Source: a virus (taxonomy: Duplodnaviria; Caudoviricetes). From it: a DNA stretch of 47,830 nucleotides. Where the stretch lies: the IMG/VR virus record IMGVR_UViG_3300048577_000065, positions 1 to 47,830 of that record. One strand, 5' to 3'. The notes under the pieces are model-generated. The model saw nothing but the letters and a program-made list of their open reading frames with translations. It did no database searches and was not told the DNA's origin. Below, piece after piece: positions 1 through 8,315 of the stretch; the stretch's first letter is position 1, and every line of letters starts with the position of its first letter. A program made the position numbers and the translations under genes.

Positions 1-135
1 GCGGGGTTCGCGGGGATCGAGGACGCTATCCGGCAGACGAGTGCCCTCACTCTCCGGCAGGCGGCAGGACGGATCGGGATCGGCGCCTCTACCGTCGGCC
101 GGTGGCGAGGCAAGCTCGGCCTGACTGGAGGGTGA
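1..135 (+). CDS. 3' end of an HTH-containing protein (partial)
   Basis: Frame 1 reads AGFAGIEDAIRQTSALTLRQAAGRIGIGASTVGRWRGKLGLTGG*, an HTH-like pattern; start is outside the window. Confidence 0.55.
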   Translation, partial: AGFAGIEDAIRQTSALTLRQAAGRIGIGASTVGRWRGKLGLTGG

Positions 136-190
136 GCGGCCCCGGAAGTGCGGGTCCTATGCCGGGGATCCAGTGGGGGCGGTGGTCTGC

Positions 191-199
191 TGGTAGCGT
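191..199 (+). promoter_or_regulatory. Putative extended -10 (TGG-TAGCGT) for a leaderless toxin transcript
   Basis: TANNNT hexamer at 194-199, 6 nt before ATG 206; no Shine-Dalgarno sequence. Confidence 0.4.
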
Positions 200-205
200 C
201 TGCGC

Positions 206-715
206 ATGGTCAGGGGGGCGGTTGAGCCGGACGCGGCGTCCGGGCATGCCCGCTGCTGGCACTGGTGGATGTCAGCCACGAAGACGTGCGCTGACGACAT
301 CAAGGCGGCCGTGCTGCACTCGTCCGACGGGACGCCAGTCACCCAGAACGAACTCCAGGCCCGGGTCGCGGAGTTCAAGCATCTGGTCAAGACCGCACAG
401 CGGGGCAGTCTGCGATCTGAGCGGTGGGATCGGGTCCGCCGCTGGCCGGACCTGTGGGAACTGCGTTGGTCGTGGGACGACGGCACCTGCGTGCGGGGCT
501 ACTTCCACGAGCCGGAGATGCCGTGGCTCAACGAGACCGTCTTGGCCCGGGTACATGTGAAATGGATCAGCCCCAGAAGGCTCGGCGGGGAGCACGGGAC
601 GACGAAGGCGCAGGACTCCGAGATCGACATCGCCCATAGCAGAATCGTCCAGGAGGCCGCATCGGTGTGGGGCCTCCCCTCCTCAGAGCCAGTTGTCAAT
701 AGCCGCCACACCTAG
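206..715 (+). CDS. RelE/HigB-like toxin of a toxin-antitoxin-chaperone (TAC) system
   Basis: LWELRW...VRGYF...VLARVHVK...QDSEIDIAHSR pattern typical of HigB/Gp49-like toxins; lies upstream of an XRE antitoxin and a SecB-like gene. Confidence 0.75.
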   Translation: MVRGAVEPDAASGHARCWHWWMSATKTCADDIKAAVLHSSDGTPVTQNELQARVAEFKHLVKTAQRGSLRSERWDRVRRWPDLWELRWSWDDGTCVRGYFHEPEMPWLNETVLARVHVKWISPRRLGGEHGTTKAQDSEIDIAHSRIVQEAASVWGLPSSEPVVNSRHT

Positions 716-722
716 ATAGGGT
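693..722 (+). promoter_or_regulatory. Putative internal promoter (TTGTCA-18 nt-TAGGGT) for a leaderless antitoxin-chaperone transcript
   Basis: -35 at 693-698 and -10 at 717-722; ATG 730 follows after 7 nt; no SD. Confidence 0.5.
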
Positions 723-729
723 TAAACTT

Positions 730-1194
730 ATGGATGCACTGGAGGAGCTGTTCGGGCTGGATCCGAACTCCCCCGAGACTCTTCGCGCGGACTTCCTAGT
801 TGAAGGCGACATGCGGATGCTGGATGCCCTCGTTGAGATCCGCAAGAGCCGGAGTCTGAGCCAGCGCGAGGTTGGCAGGATCATGGGTATCTCGCAGCCC
901 AGCGTCGCGCAGTTCGAGGCGCACGACAGCAACCCGCGCCTGTCGACCATCCGTAGGTACGCGATGGCGATCGGGGCGCTGATCCGGCACGAGGTCGTAG
1001 CTGACGGCGGCCAACTCTCGGACGGGCGGTGGCAGCGGATCGACATCGTCGTGCCGTCCATCATCATGCATATGCCGGCCGGTCCCATGACGGTCGTCAC
1101 CGACTCTGGGGATCTGAGATCACCCGGAGCGGCCCCGTTTCGCTACGTGGAAAACGGGTGCACCGGCCGGACCGATTTCGCCCTGGCTGCATAG
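730..1194 (+). CDS. HigA-like XRE-HTH antitoxin with C-terminal chaperone-addiction extension and ssrA-like degron
   Basis: LVEIRKSRSLSQREVGRIMGISQPSVAQFEAHDSNPRLSTIRRYA HTH; roughly 60-aa C-terminal extension ending RTDFALAA. Confidence 0.85.
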   Translation: MDALEELFGLDPNSPETLRADFLVEGDMRMLDALVEIRKSRSLSQREVGRIMGISQPSVAQFEAHDSNPRLSTIRRYAMAIGALIRHEVVADGGQLSDGRWQRIDIVVPSIIMHMPAGPMTVVTDSGDLRSPGAAPFRYVENGCTGRTDFALAA

Positions 1195-1209
1195 CCACTC
1201 CGGCGCATC

Positions 1210-1650
1210 ATGGATATCCGAGAGCTCGTCGGCGCCGTCGAGTTGAAGGGCATCGAATGCCTACAACTCGACGCAGAGCGCCGAGCGGACGAGGCTAAGG
1301 GAATCGCCGAGCTGGTCCCAGAGACCGAGGACGCCGACCTCCGCCTGGATGTGCACCCGGTGCACTGGACACGGACGATCGAGGTCTGGTTCCGGGCCAC
1401 GGTCGAGACTGGCAACGCGCGCCTGGTCGCCGCCTACGCCGTCCAGTACTCACGGGAGGATGACAAGGAGATACCAGACGATGTGCGGGTTGAGTTCGTC
1501 GAGCGGGTCGCGATCATGGCTGTGCTGCCGTACGTCAGGGAGGCCATCCATGGCCTCGGCGCCCGGTTGAGGGTCCCTGTGCCGCTGCTGCCGATCTTGA
1601 GGCAGGGCGAGTTCAAGCTGGCCGACAACCCCGAGGTCGACGACAACTGA
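1210..1650 (+). CDS. SecB-like chaperone of the TAC system
   Basis: 146 aa; beta-rich N-terminal half followed by EFVERVAIMAVLPYVREAIHGLGARLRVPVPLLP, resembling the SecB/Rv1957 C-terminal signature. Confidence 0.8.
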   Translation: MDIRELVGAVELKGIECLQLDAERRADEAKGIAELVPETEDADLRLDVHPVHWTRTIEVWFRATVETGNARLVAAYAVQYSREDDKEIPDDVRVEFVERVAIMAVLPYVREAIHGLGARLRVPVPLLPILRQGEFKLADNPEVDDN

Positions 1651-1664
1651 GAACGCACGAAAGC

Positions 1665-1689
1665 GCCCCCACCCGGGAAGGGTGGGGGC
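1665..1689. terminator. Intrinsic terminator hairpin between the convergent TAC and late operons
   Basis: GCCCCCACCC-GGGAA-GGGTGGGGGC; followed by GCTTTCG on the minus strand. Confidence 0.75.
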
Positions 1690-1711
1690 ACTGTTGGTGT
1701 GCGGAGGGTGC

Positions 1712-2032
1712 TCAGCCGGTGAGCCAGATATGGGGCACGTCGTCGGCGATGAGGGTTTCGGGCTGGTCGCGGAGCCGGACGAGGGGCTGGACGGAGGCGG
1801 TGATGTGCAGGTCGGTCAGGCCTACATTCGAGGTGTCGCCGGGGCCGGGGTAGTCGGGCCCCGCGGCGAGCCATCCGGGGCGGCCGGAGTTGTCTCGCGA
1901 AGGTATCCACGTCACGCCGCCGTCGATGGAGGCTTCGAGGCTGGTGGGGCTGAGGTCGACCGGTGTCCCGGTGGTGTCGGTGGCGGTGATGGTGCCGGGC
2001 CACCATTCGCGGGCCTGCCTGTGGAGCTGCAT
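1712..2032 (-). CDS. Small virion-associated protein (106 aa)
   Basis: MQLHRQAREWWPG...HIWLTG; ATG overlaps the upstream stop (TGATG); C-terminal part of the long shadow ORF in the track. Confidence 0.7.
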   Translation of the reverse strand: MQLHRQAREWWPGTITATDTTGTPVDLSPTSLEASIDGGVTWIPSRDNSGRPGWLAAGPDYPGPGDTSNVGLTDLHITASVQPLVRLRDQPETLIADDVPHIWLTG

Positions 2033-4506
2033 CAGTCCTCCTTGATGGTGAGGCGTGGTCGGGTGTCGGTGATGTGGAGGCGCGGACGGGTGTCGGTGAG
2101 GTGGAGGGTGAGGTCGCGCCACACCGACCATGCGGACGCGGTGTCGGTGACGGCTGCGAGGTCGTCGATGGTCACGATCCGGGCCAGGGTGACGGCCACC
2201 TCGTCGGACGCTGCCGCCTGATCGGTGGCGGTGCGGGTGCTGGCGGTCGTGGCGGTGGCGGTGTCGATCAGGCCGAGTAGGTCGTCGGCGGTGGTGACGC
2301 GCGAGATCGCGACCGTGACCGCATCGCTGGCGCTGGCGGGGTCGGCGGGGGTGCGGCCGGCGGTGGTGGTGACCGTAGCTGTGTCTGCGGCGGTGGCTGT
2401 GTCTGCGGCGGCGGTGGTGAGCGGCCCGGTGAGGGTCGCGGTGACCGCATCGCTCGCGGCGGCGGCGTCGGTGAGGATCCGCTCCGCGGCGGCGATGACC
2501 GCTGCGGCGTCTGCTGCGGCGGCTTGGTCGGCAGCTTCGGCTGCAGCGGCGGCGGTGAGGGCGGCGTCCACCTGGTCGGTGGCGGTGGCGGGGTCGGCAG
2601 GGGTGCGCGACGCCGCCACCGCTGTGCTGGCCGTGTCTGCTGCACCGGCCGGATCCGCACCGGTGCGGGCTGCATCGAGGACGGCAGCAGCCGAGTCCGC
2701 ACCTGCTGCCGGGTCGGTGACGGTGCGTGCCGCATCCAGGGTGGTCGTGCCGGTGTCGGTGGCGGGCGCGGTGTCGGTGCTGCTGATGGTGTAGGTGCCG
2801 CCCGCGGTGGCGGTGTCGAGGACGCTGGCGGTGTCGGCTGGTGTGCGGGTGGCGTCGAGGCTGGTGGTGACCGTGTCGCCGGCTGATGCGGTGTCGGCGG
2901 AGGTACGGGCCATCTCGGCCGCGACCGTGGCGGTGTCGAGGACGCCTGCGCTGTCTGCGCTGCTGTGGTTGGCGTCGATGACCTGGGGTCCGCCAGTGTC
3001 GATCGCGCCCGCCGTGTCGGTGGCGGTGGTGGTCCGCTCGATCGCCACCACGTCGGTCACACCCGCAGTGTCGGTGGCGGTGGCGGTGTGGTCGGTGCCG
3101 CCGTCCTGACTCAGGACGGCTTCCACGCTGTCGCTGGCCCCGGCGGGGTCGTTGCCGAGGCTGACCGGGGTCAGGTTGACGGCGACCGAGATGTAGGCGT
3201 GGGTGAGGCTGGTGTCGAAGCCGTTGGCCTGGGTGATCTGGCCGGCGGTTTCGCTGTAGGCCAGGCCGATCCCGCCGCCGGCCCCGGAGGTGACGGTGTT
3301 GGAGCCGATCAGGGTCGCGCCGGTGAGAGCGTTGAGCTCGGTGTCGGTGGTGGCGGCGTCCCGGTCGAGCGCGACCGCGTGGATCGCCATCCCGCCGGCA
3401 CCGATGGTGACGGTGGGGCTGGTGAAGGTGGTGGTCGCCGACGAGTCGACCCGGGACGCGACCTCGTTGAAGGGGGTGGCCTGGTCGGCGTTGCGGAGGG
3501 CGATGATGCGGGCAGTGGTGTGGTCCCCGGTGTCGGCCACGGTCACCGACCCGGACGCGTACCAGCGCCAGAACATTCCGAGCCTCACCCCGCCCGCCGC
3601 GGCGGCGGTGCCGGTGCCGACCTGGTCCAGCTGCGTCCACCCCGACGGGGCGCTGATCGCCTGGTTGGCGGACTCGACGGCGAGCAGCAGCAGGTCCCCA
3701 CTGGTGGCGGCGGACGGCAGCGGCACCGTCAGTGCCCCGGTGCCCGACGTGAACGTGCCCGCGCCCACATAGGTGAGCCGGGGCGGCGGGCCCTCCACCG
3801 ACACCGTGTCGGTGGCGCCGGCGGTGTCGGCCGGGTTGGCGGCCAGTCCTCCGGTGCCGGAGTCCATCCGGAAGACCGCGCCGGAGATGTCTTGCCCGGT
3901 GAGGCTGGCCGGCCCGTAGTCGCGGGTGCCGGCCGCCTGCCCGGCCCACGAGGCGAGCCACACACTGAAGGTCGCATTGTCGTAGTAGGCGCCGTGCACT
4001 GTCCCGCCGGACGGGGTGGTGCCGCTGCCCATGTCCTGGGCGGTCCAGTCGGCGATCCCGCAGATGACCAGCGACGGGTTAGCCAGGGTGACCGACGCCA
4101 GCCCGTCTGTGTCCGCGGCGAGCGTGGCGGCCCAGCCGTAGCTGGCACCGACCTCGGCCGCCGGGATGCGGAAGGCCGCGACCCCTTGCCGGCCGGTCGA
4201 GGTCTGCCTCATCGTCACCCGCACGGTGACACTGCCGGTGGCGGTGGCCACAGCCCAGCCGCCGACCGCCTCCACATCCGACTCGAGCGTGACCGCCGGC
4301 TCGGCCAGTGTCCACGCCCCGGTCGATCCGGACTGGGTGGTCACGCCCCGGGTGCCGGACGACGACGAGTAGTTCTCGCAGAATCCGTAGACGACGAGCA
4401 TGTCGCCGGTCTCGACACCGGCGATGGCCAGGTCGGTGTAGCGTGCGCCCGGGTCACCACCGGCGGGCCCGTTGGTCCAGCCGGTGTCGGTGTAGGAGAC
4501 AGCCAC
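2032..4506 (-). CDS. Fibre-like minor structural protein: two globular domains plus a long Ala/Thr/Asp repeat stalk
   Basis: 824 aa; two GDLL/GDML-type beta domains, then about 17 D-x5-D repeats. Confidence 0.75.
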   Translation of the reverse strand: MAVSYTDTGWTNGPAGGDPGARYTDLAIAGVETGDMLVVYGFCENYSSSSGTRGVTTQSGSTGAWTLAEPAVTLESDVEAVGGWAVATATGSVTVRVTMRQTSTGRQGVAAFRIPAAEVGASYGWAATLAADTDGLASVTLANPSLVICGIADWTAQDMGSGTTPSGGTVHGAYYDNATFSVWLASWAGQAAGTRDYGPASLTGQDISGAVFRMDSGTGGLAANPADTAGATDTVSVEGPPPRLTYVGAGTFTSGTGALTVPLPSAATSGDLLLLAVESANQAISAPSGWTQLDQVGTGTAAAAGGVRLGMFWRWYASGSVTVADTGDHTTARIIALRNADQATPFNEVASRVDSSATTTFTSPTVTIGAGGMAIHAVALDRDAATTDTELNALTGATLIGSNTVTSGAGGGIGLAYSETAGQITQANGFDTSLTHAYISVAVNLTPVSLGNDPAGASDSVEAVLSQDGGTDHTATATDTAGVTDVVAIERTTTATDTAGAIDTGGPQVIDANHSSADSAGVLDTATVAAEMARTSADTASAGDTVTTSLDATRTPADTASVLDTATAGGTYTISSTDTAPATDTGTTTLDAARTVTDPAAGADSAAAVLDAARTGADPAGAADTASTAVAASRTPADPATATDQVDAALTAAAAAEAADQAAAADAAAVIAAAERILTDAAAASDAVTATLTGPLTTAAADTATAADTATVTTTAGRTPADPASASDAVTVAISRVTTADDLLGLIDTATATTASTRTATDQAAASDEVAVTLARIVTIDDLAAVTDTASAWSVWRDLTLHLTDTRPRLHITDTRPRLTIKED
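2130..3153 (-). repeat. About 20-aa protein repeats (consensus like PADTAGATDTVT)
   Basis: ATDTAGVTD, SADSAGVLD, PADTASVLD, PADPATATD, PADPASASD, ATDQAAASD and similar in the translation. Confidence 0.8.
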
Positions 4507-4521
4507 AGCACCCCCTCGTCG

Positions 4522-5352
4522 TCAGATGTTGATCGGCTGGCCGGACAGATCGGTGTTGCCGGACCATTCCCAGCCGGACGCGACGACCCAGTCGGTCACC
4601 GGCTGGTTTCCCCACTCGGCGAAGACATTGCCGGTCACGACGATGGGCGGTGTCCCCGAAGTGCCCGGCGCGTACAGCGGGTAGATCGCGCCGCCGCCGA
4701 GCCGGTTGCTCGTGATCGTGATCGCCTCCCACGCACCCTGCCCCTGGAACATGGCGATGCAGGACGTGTCAGGGGAGTCGATCCGGTTGTGGTTGAAGGT
4801 GAAGTGGTCGCCGGAGTAGCACTGGATGCCGTCATTGTGGGAGACGCCCGCCTCGACGTACAGGTCGTGGATGAAGCAGTCCTCGATGGTCCGGTAGCTG
4901 CCCGACAGCTTCATCCCGTCCGAGCCGCCCGAAATGTTGAGCCGCCGGTAGATGACGTTGCCGGCGTAGCCGTCGTCCATGACCCCGCAGTTGCCGCCGC
5001 CGATGATCGTGCAGTCCTCCACCAGCAGCCCGGACGCAGCCGAGGTGACCTCGATGCCCCAATAGCCCGCGTTGATCACGCAATTGCGGATCGTGACGTT
5101 GGCGGCGGTGACGGTGATCGGGCCCGACACGAGCAGCCCCTGATAGGTCGCCCCGGCCGTCCCCGCCGTGAACGCGGCGGTGGAACTGAGGGACGCCTGG
5201 GCGCCGAGGTAGCCGGTGTTGGTGGCGTCCGGCCAGGCGGACGATGTCACGACCCCGGCCGCAGTGTCGGTGACCCCGGCTGTGTCGGCGGGGGCACGGC
5301 CGGCAGTGATGCCGGCCACGCTCCCCACCGTCACCGACAGGGCGAGCGGCAC
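4522..5352 (-). CDS. Right-handed beta-helix (pectate-lyase-like) protein, possible depolymerase or receptor-binding protein
   Basis: WPDATNTG, NVTIRNCVI, LLVEDCTI, TIEDCFIHDL, HNDGIQ, ITSNRLGGG motifs. Confidence 0.7.
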   Translation of the reverse strand: MPLALSVTVGSVAGITAGRAPADTAGVTDTAAGVVTSSAWPDATNTGYLGAQASLSSTAAFTAGTAGATYQGLLVSGPITVTAANVTIRNCVINAGYWGIEVTSAASGLLVEDCTIIGGGNCGVMDDGYAGNVIYRRLNISGGSDGMKLSGSYRTIEDCFIHDLYVEAGVSHNDGIQCYSGDHFTFNHNRIDSPDTSCIAMFQGQGAWEAITITSNRLGGGAIYPLYAPGTSGTPPIVVTGNVFAEWGNQPVTDWVVASGWEWSGNTDLSGQPINI

Positions 5353-5850
5353 TCAGGCTCCCAGGATCGTGTGGGTCCAGGTCACCGTCAGCGTGTCCGA
5401 GGCCCCCTTGGAGCCGATCCCGGTCAGCAGCACCCGCGAGATCGTGTTCGCCGCGGTCGACGTGGCGTCGGCGAGGGTGTCGGTGACCAGCGCCGCCTCG
5501 GTGATCGGCGACGCGGTGGTCGCCTTGCCCGCCGCGTAGGTCGCCTTCCACGTCACCACCCCGCCGGAGGCGGTGGGGAACCCGCTGTCGATCGCCTGAT
5601 GCGACCCGGACAGGTAGGTGACCAGAGCCGCACCCGCCCCCGACTTTGCCGGCGCGGTCGAGCCGGCGCCGAGCTTCATGCCGGTCACCTGCGCTGGCAG
5701 CCCTGAGGCCAGGGCGGCACGCCCGGCGTAGTACTGGTCACCCACAGAGGTGATCAGGTTGTCGGTCTCGCAGCGGGCCTTCAGCTCGCCGTCGGGCCCG
5801 CGCAGCTCGACGATCACGTGCCCCTTGATGGAGGTCTTGTCGTTGGTCAT
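5353..5850 (-). CDS. Virion structural protein (fibre or collar attachment type)
   Basis: MTNDKTSIKGHV...NLITSVG...ITEAAL...DTLTVTWT; AAAGG RBS upstream of ATG 5850. Confidence 0.65.
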   Translation of the reverse strand: MTNDKTSIKGHVIVELRGPDGELKARCETDNLITSVGDQYYAGRAALASGLPAQVTGMKLGAGSTAPAKSGAGAALVTYLSGSHQAIDSGFPTASGGVVTWKATYAAGKATTASPITEAALVTDTLADATSTAANTISRVLLTGIGSKGASDTLTVTWTHTILGA

Positions 5851-5852
5851 GG

Positions 5853-6005
5853 TCAGCCTTTCGGTGGGTTGGGTGCCGGCCACTCGTGCAGCCGGTCGCG
5901 GTAGTAGGCGGTGTGGGTGCCGGTGTGGCCGGGCAGAGCGGAGCAGCCCAGCCACACCTGGCCGTGCTCGATCAGCAGGCGGGCGCCGCAGCTAGGCGGA
6001 GCCAT
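5853..6005 (-). CDS. 50-aa C2H2-type zinc-finger-like protein (missed by the ORF track)
   Basis: MAPPSCGARLLIEHGQVWLGCSALPGHTGTHTAYYRDRLHEWPAPNPPKG; fills the gap after the holin. Confidence 0.55.
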   Translation of the reverse strand: MAPPSCGARLLIEHGQVWLGCSALPGHTGTHTAYYRDRLHEWPAPNPPKG

Positions 6006-6345
6006 CGCTGATGTCGATGACCTCGCCCGGGTCGATGTTGTAGATCGCGACCCAGGTGCCGACCAGGGCGGTCGCGACCGAGGTCCACAGGGCCACGTCG
6101 ATCGACCAGTAGGCGGCGATGAGGGCGATGATCGCGGGCAGCAGCACGTAGCCGGCGCGGCGCACGGAGGCGTCGAGCAGCAGGTTGTTGCGGGCCCGGG
6201 AGGCGGCGTAGGCGAACCCGATGGCGAGGACGCCGACGTTGGCCCACACGACGCCCTGCTGCTGGGTCAGGACCCCGGCCGCGGTCAGGGCGAGCACGGC
6301 GACGGAGATGAGGGTGTACAGGGCCTTGCGGAGGTTGTCGGTCAT
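5992..6345 (-). CDS. Holin-like membrane protein with 4 predicted TM segments
   Basis: Two similar halves (LRKALYTL / VRRAGYVL), each with two hydrophobic segments; downstream of the endolysin. Confidence 0.75.
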   Translation of the reverse strand: MTDNLRKALYTLISVAVLALTAAGVLTQQQGVVWANVGVLAIGFAYAASRARNNLLLDASVRRAGYVLLPAIIALIAAYWSIDVALWTSVATALVGTWVAIYNIDPGEVIDISDGSA

Positions 6346-6347
6346 GG

Positions 6348-6617
6348 TCAGCCCCTCACCGGCCACGTGAAGTGTCGGGGACCCTCACCCACAGCGACCG
6401 AGGTCACCCACAGGGTGAAGTCGCCGTCGATGAAGACCTGCCCGTTGACGCAGGACTGCGGCTGGTCGCCCCAGACGCGGACGATCAGCATCGGGTAGAC
6501 ATCGCCCGCGAATGCCTGGTTCGCCCTGAAGGTGGCGCTGCCACGAAGCGAGTTCACCTGGGCGGCGTCCTGGGCGGACAGGGTGTAGTGGACGATGCGT
6601 CCGATGGTCGGAATCAT
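6348..6617 (-). CDS. Phage hypothetical protein (89 aa)
   Basis: MIPTIGRIVHY...NGQVFIDG...FTWP, a recurrent phage small-protein pattern; GGAG RBS. Confidence 0.7.
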   Translation of the reverse strand: MIPTIGRIVHYTLSAQDAAQVNSLRGSATFRANQAFAGDVYPMLIVRVWGDQPQSCVNGQVFIDGDFTLWVTSVAVGEGPRHFTWPVRG

Positions 6618-6646
6618 GGGTTGCTCCAATCGGGTGTTCGGATGGA

Positions 6647-7804
6647 TCAGCTGGTGGACGCCGCGGGGATGCGGGCCTTGGCGTGCACGGCCCGGTGGTC
6701 GGAGGCAGCGCCGGGGTTGAGGACTTCGGCGGACAGCCATTCGACCCCGCCCCGGGCGAGCAGGTAGTCGAGCGTGTGGCCCTTGTCGGTGGTCACACCG
6801 GTGACGGCCTTGACGAAGCCGTGGGCGGCTGCCCATTCGTCGGCGGAGGTGGTGTTGAAGTCGCCGCCGATGATGGTCGGCAGCTTGGGGTCGAGTGCCG
6901 CGATCAGCTTGAGCAGTGATGCCTTCCGTTTCGCCTCCGTCGCCACGCTCTTGGGCGGCAGGTGCAGGCACGCGAACTGGACCTGCTGGCCGGTGCTCTT
7001 GCGGGTCAGGACGGCGATCACCGCGCCGTGGTACGACGTCGGCCCGAACACGACACTCTTCGACGTGGTGTGCTGCCACTTCGCCTTGTCGAAGCCGATC
7101 GCCTGAGCGACCCGCTCCCACACCAGCCAGCGGGCGAGCCCACCCGACATGCCGCGCCGGAAGTTCGTCCGGACGATCTCGGGGGCCTCGGTCAGCAGGT
7201 ACACCGAGCTCGCGGCCTTGCGGAGCACCGCGGCGTCGTCGTTCGCCTTGCCTCCGAAGCGTGGATCGAGGCAGTTGTAGGTGGTGACGTTCAGCCCGGT
7301 CGGCTTCGGTGCCGAGTAGTTCTCCCAGGTGTCCGGCTCAGGAGCGGCCAGTGTGAAGCCGCGGAACCGGCGCAGGCCGGTGAAGTACTTCCGCTGCTTC
7401 CAGTAGGCCAGCGTGGTCTTGACCACGCCGTAGGCGCGGCCGCGGGCCTCGATGATGACCGGCTCGCCCAGCACCTGGTAGCGGCCGTCGCCCAGCCACT
7501 TCACACCCTGCGAACCACCCACGATCACCGCGACGTGGCCGATGCCGTTCCAGCGGGCCGGGTTGTTCCGAAGGAACACCAGATCCCCGACCAGCACATC
7601 ACCGGTCGCAGCCTTCGTCTTGTCGTACTGGGCGGCGGCCAAGTCACCGATCGGGGTGCCGTTGCGGCCGAACAGCCACTCCACCAGCTCCGAGCAGTCG
7701 AACTTCGGCGGGTCGTCGTTGCTGATCGCAGCCTCGGCGCCCAGCACGTACGGCTTGCCGACCTGGGCGCGGGCCAGGATCTCGAACTCAGCGGCGGTCA
7801 GCAT
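6647..7804 (-). CDS. Endolysin: NlpC/P60 peptidase fused to a C-terminal EEP (endonuclease/exonuclease/phosphatase) domain
   Basis: GKPYVLG, FDCSELV, GHVAV (NlpC/P60); TYN, LLTE, CLHL, IIGGDFN, LDYL, SDH (EEP). Confidence 0.85.
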   Translation of the reverse strand: MLTAAEFEILARAQVGKPYVLGAEAAISNDDPPKFDCSELVEWLFGRNGTPIGDLAAAQYDKTKAATGDVLVGDLVFLRNNPARWNGIGHVAVIVGGSQGVKWLGDGRYQVLGEPVIIEARGRAYGVVKTTLAYWKQRKYFTGLRRFRGFTLAAPEPDTWENYSAPKPTGLNVTTYNCLDPRFGGKANDDAAVLRKAASSVYLLTEAPEIVRTNFRRGMSGGLARWLVWERVAQAIGFDKAKWQHTTSKSVVFGPTSYHGAVIAVLTRKSTGQQVQFACLHLPPKSVATEAKRKASLLKLIAALDPKLPTIIGGDFNTTSADEWAAAHGFVKAVTGVTTDKGHTLDYLLARGGVEWLSAEVLNPGAASDHRAVHAKARIPAASTS

Positions 7805-7944
7805 CACTGCACCCCCTCCGCGAACGGGTCGGCCTCGTCGTCCGGGCCGAGCACGCCGGCGTCTTCCGGCTCCACCTCCGGCTGGTCGGTCTTGATCTGG
7901 GCGGCCTGCTCATCCGTCACCGCGGGCACGGTCTCGTCGGTCAT
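7804..7944 (-). CDS. 46-aa acidic protein coupled to the endolysin
   Basis: MTDETVPAVTDEQAAQIKTDQPEVEPEDAGVLGPDDEADPFAEGVQ; AGGAG RBS; stop overlaps the endolysin ATG. Confidence 0.6.
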   Translation of the reverse strand: MTDETVPAVTDEQAAQIKTDQPEVEPEDAGVLGPDDEADPFAEGVQ

Positions 7945-7969
7945 CCGGGGTCTCCTGTCTGCATGCGAA

Positions 7970-7992
7970 AGCCCCGGCCGGTGGCCGGGGCT
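7970..7992 (-). terminator. Terminator-like hairpin upstream of the lysin genes
   Basis: AGCCCCGGCC-GGT-GGCCGGGGCT followed by TTCGCATG on the minus strand. Confidence 0.6.
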
Positions 7993-8006
7993 CGGGAAGA
8001 ATGGGG

Positions 8007-8315
8007 TCAGACGCCTGGGGGGCGCGGGGGTGGCGGGGGCGGCAGCCGCTGCCAGATGTGGTCCTCGAGCACGTCAATGTGGTCACCCTGGGCACGCTTC
8101 ACCCGGGCGTCTTCCTCGCGCGCCTTCCACAAATCGGTGACCTGCGATTCGAGCGACGACACCCTCGACAGCAGCTGCTGGATGAAGCCGACCTGTGAGG
8201 ACTGCTCGGTCGATTGGCGGGCCTTGCGGGCGGTGTAGATGACCCCGGCCAGCACCAGCACCGACCCGGCGATCGCGGACCAGAACCTGAGCCATTCGGT
8301 CGCTTCGGGGGTCAC
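8007..8315 (-). CDS. Single-TM coiled-coil membrane protein of the lysis cassette
   Basis: N-terminal TM segment, coiled coil, Pro-rich C-terminus. Confidence 0.7.
   Translation of the reverse strand: MTPEATEWLRFWSAIAGSVLVLAGVIYTARKARQSTEQSSQVGFIQQLLSRVSSLESQVTDLWKAREEDARVKRAQGDHIDVLEDHIWQRLPPPPPPRPPGV

Noticed and set aside
2965-5706. 913-aa plus-strand ORF and similar long ORFs (11256-12971, 25005-27053, 14331-15797)
   Set aside because: Antisense shadows of real minus-strand genes; expected in high-GC DNA and without recognisable motifs
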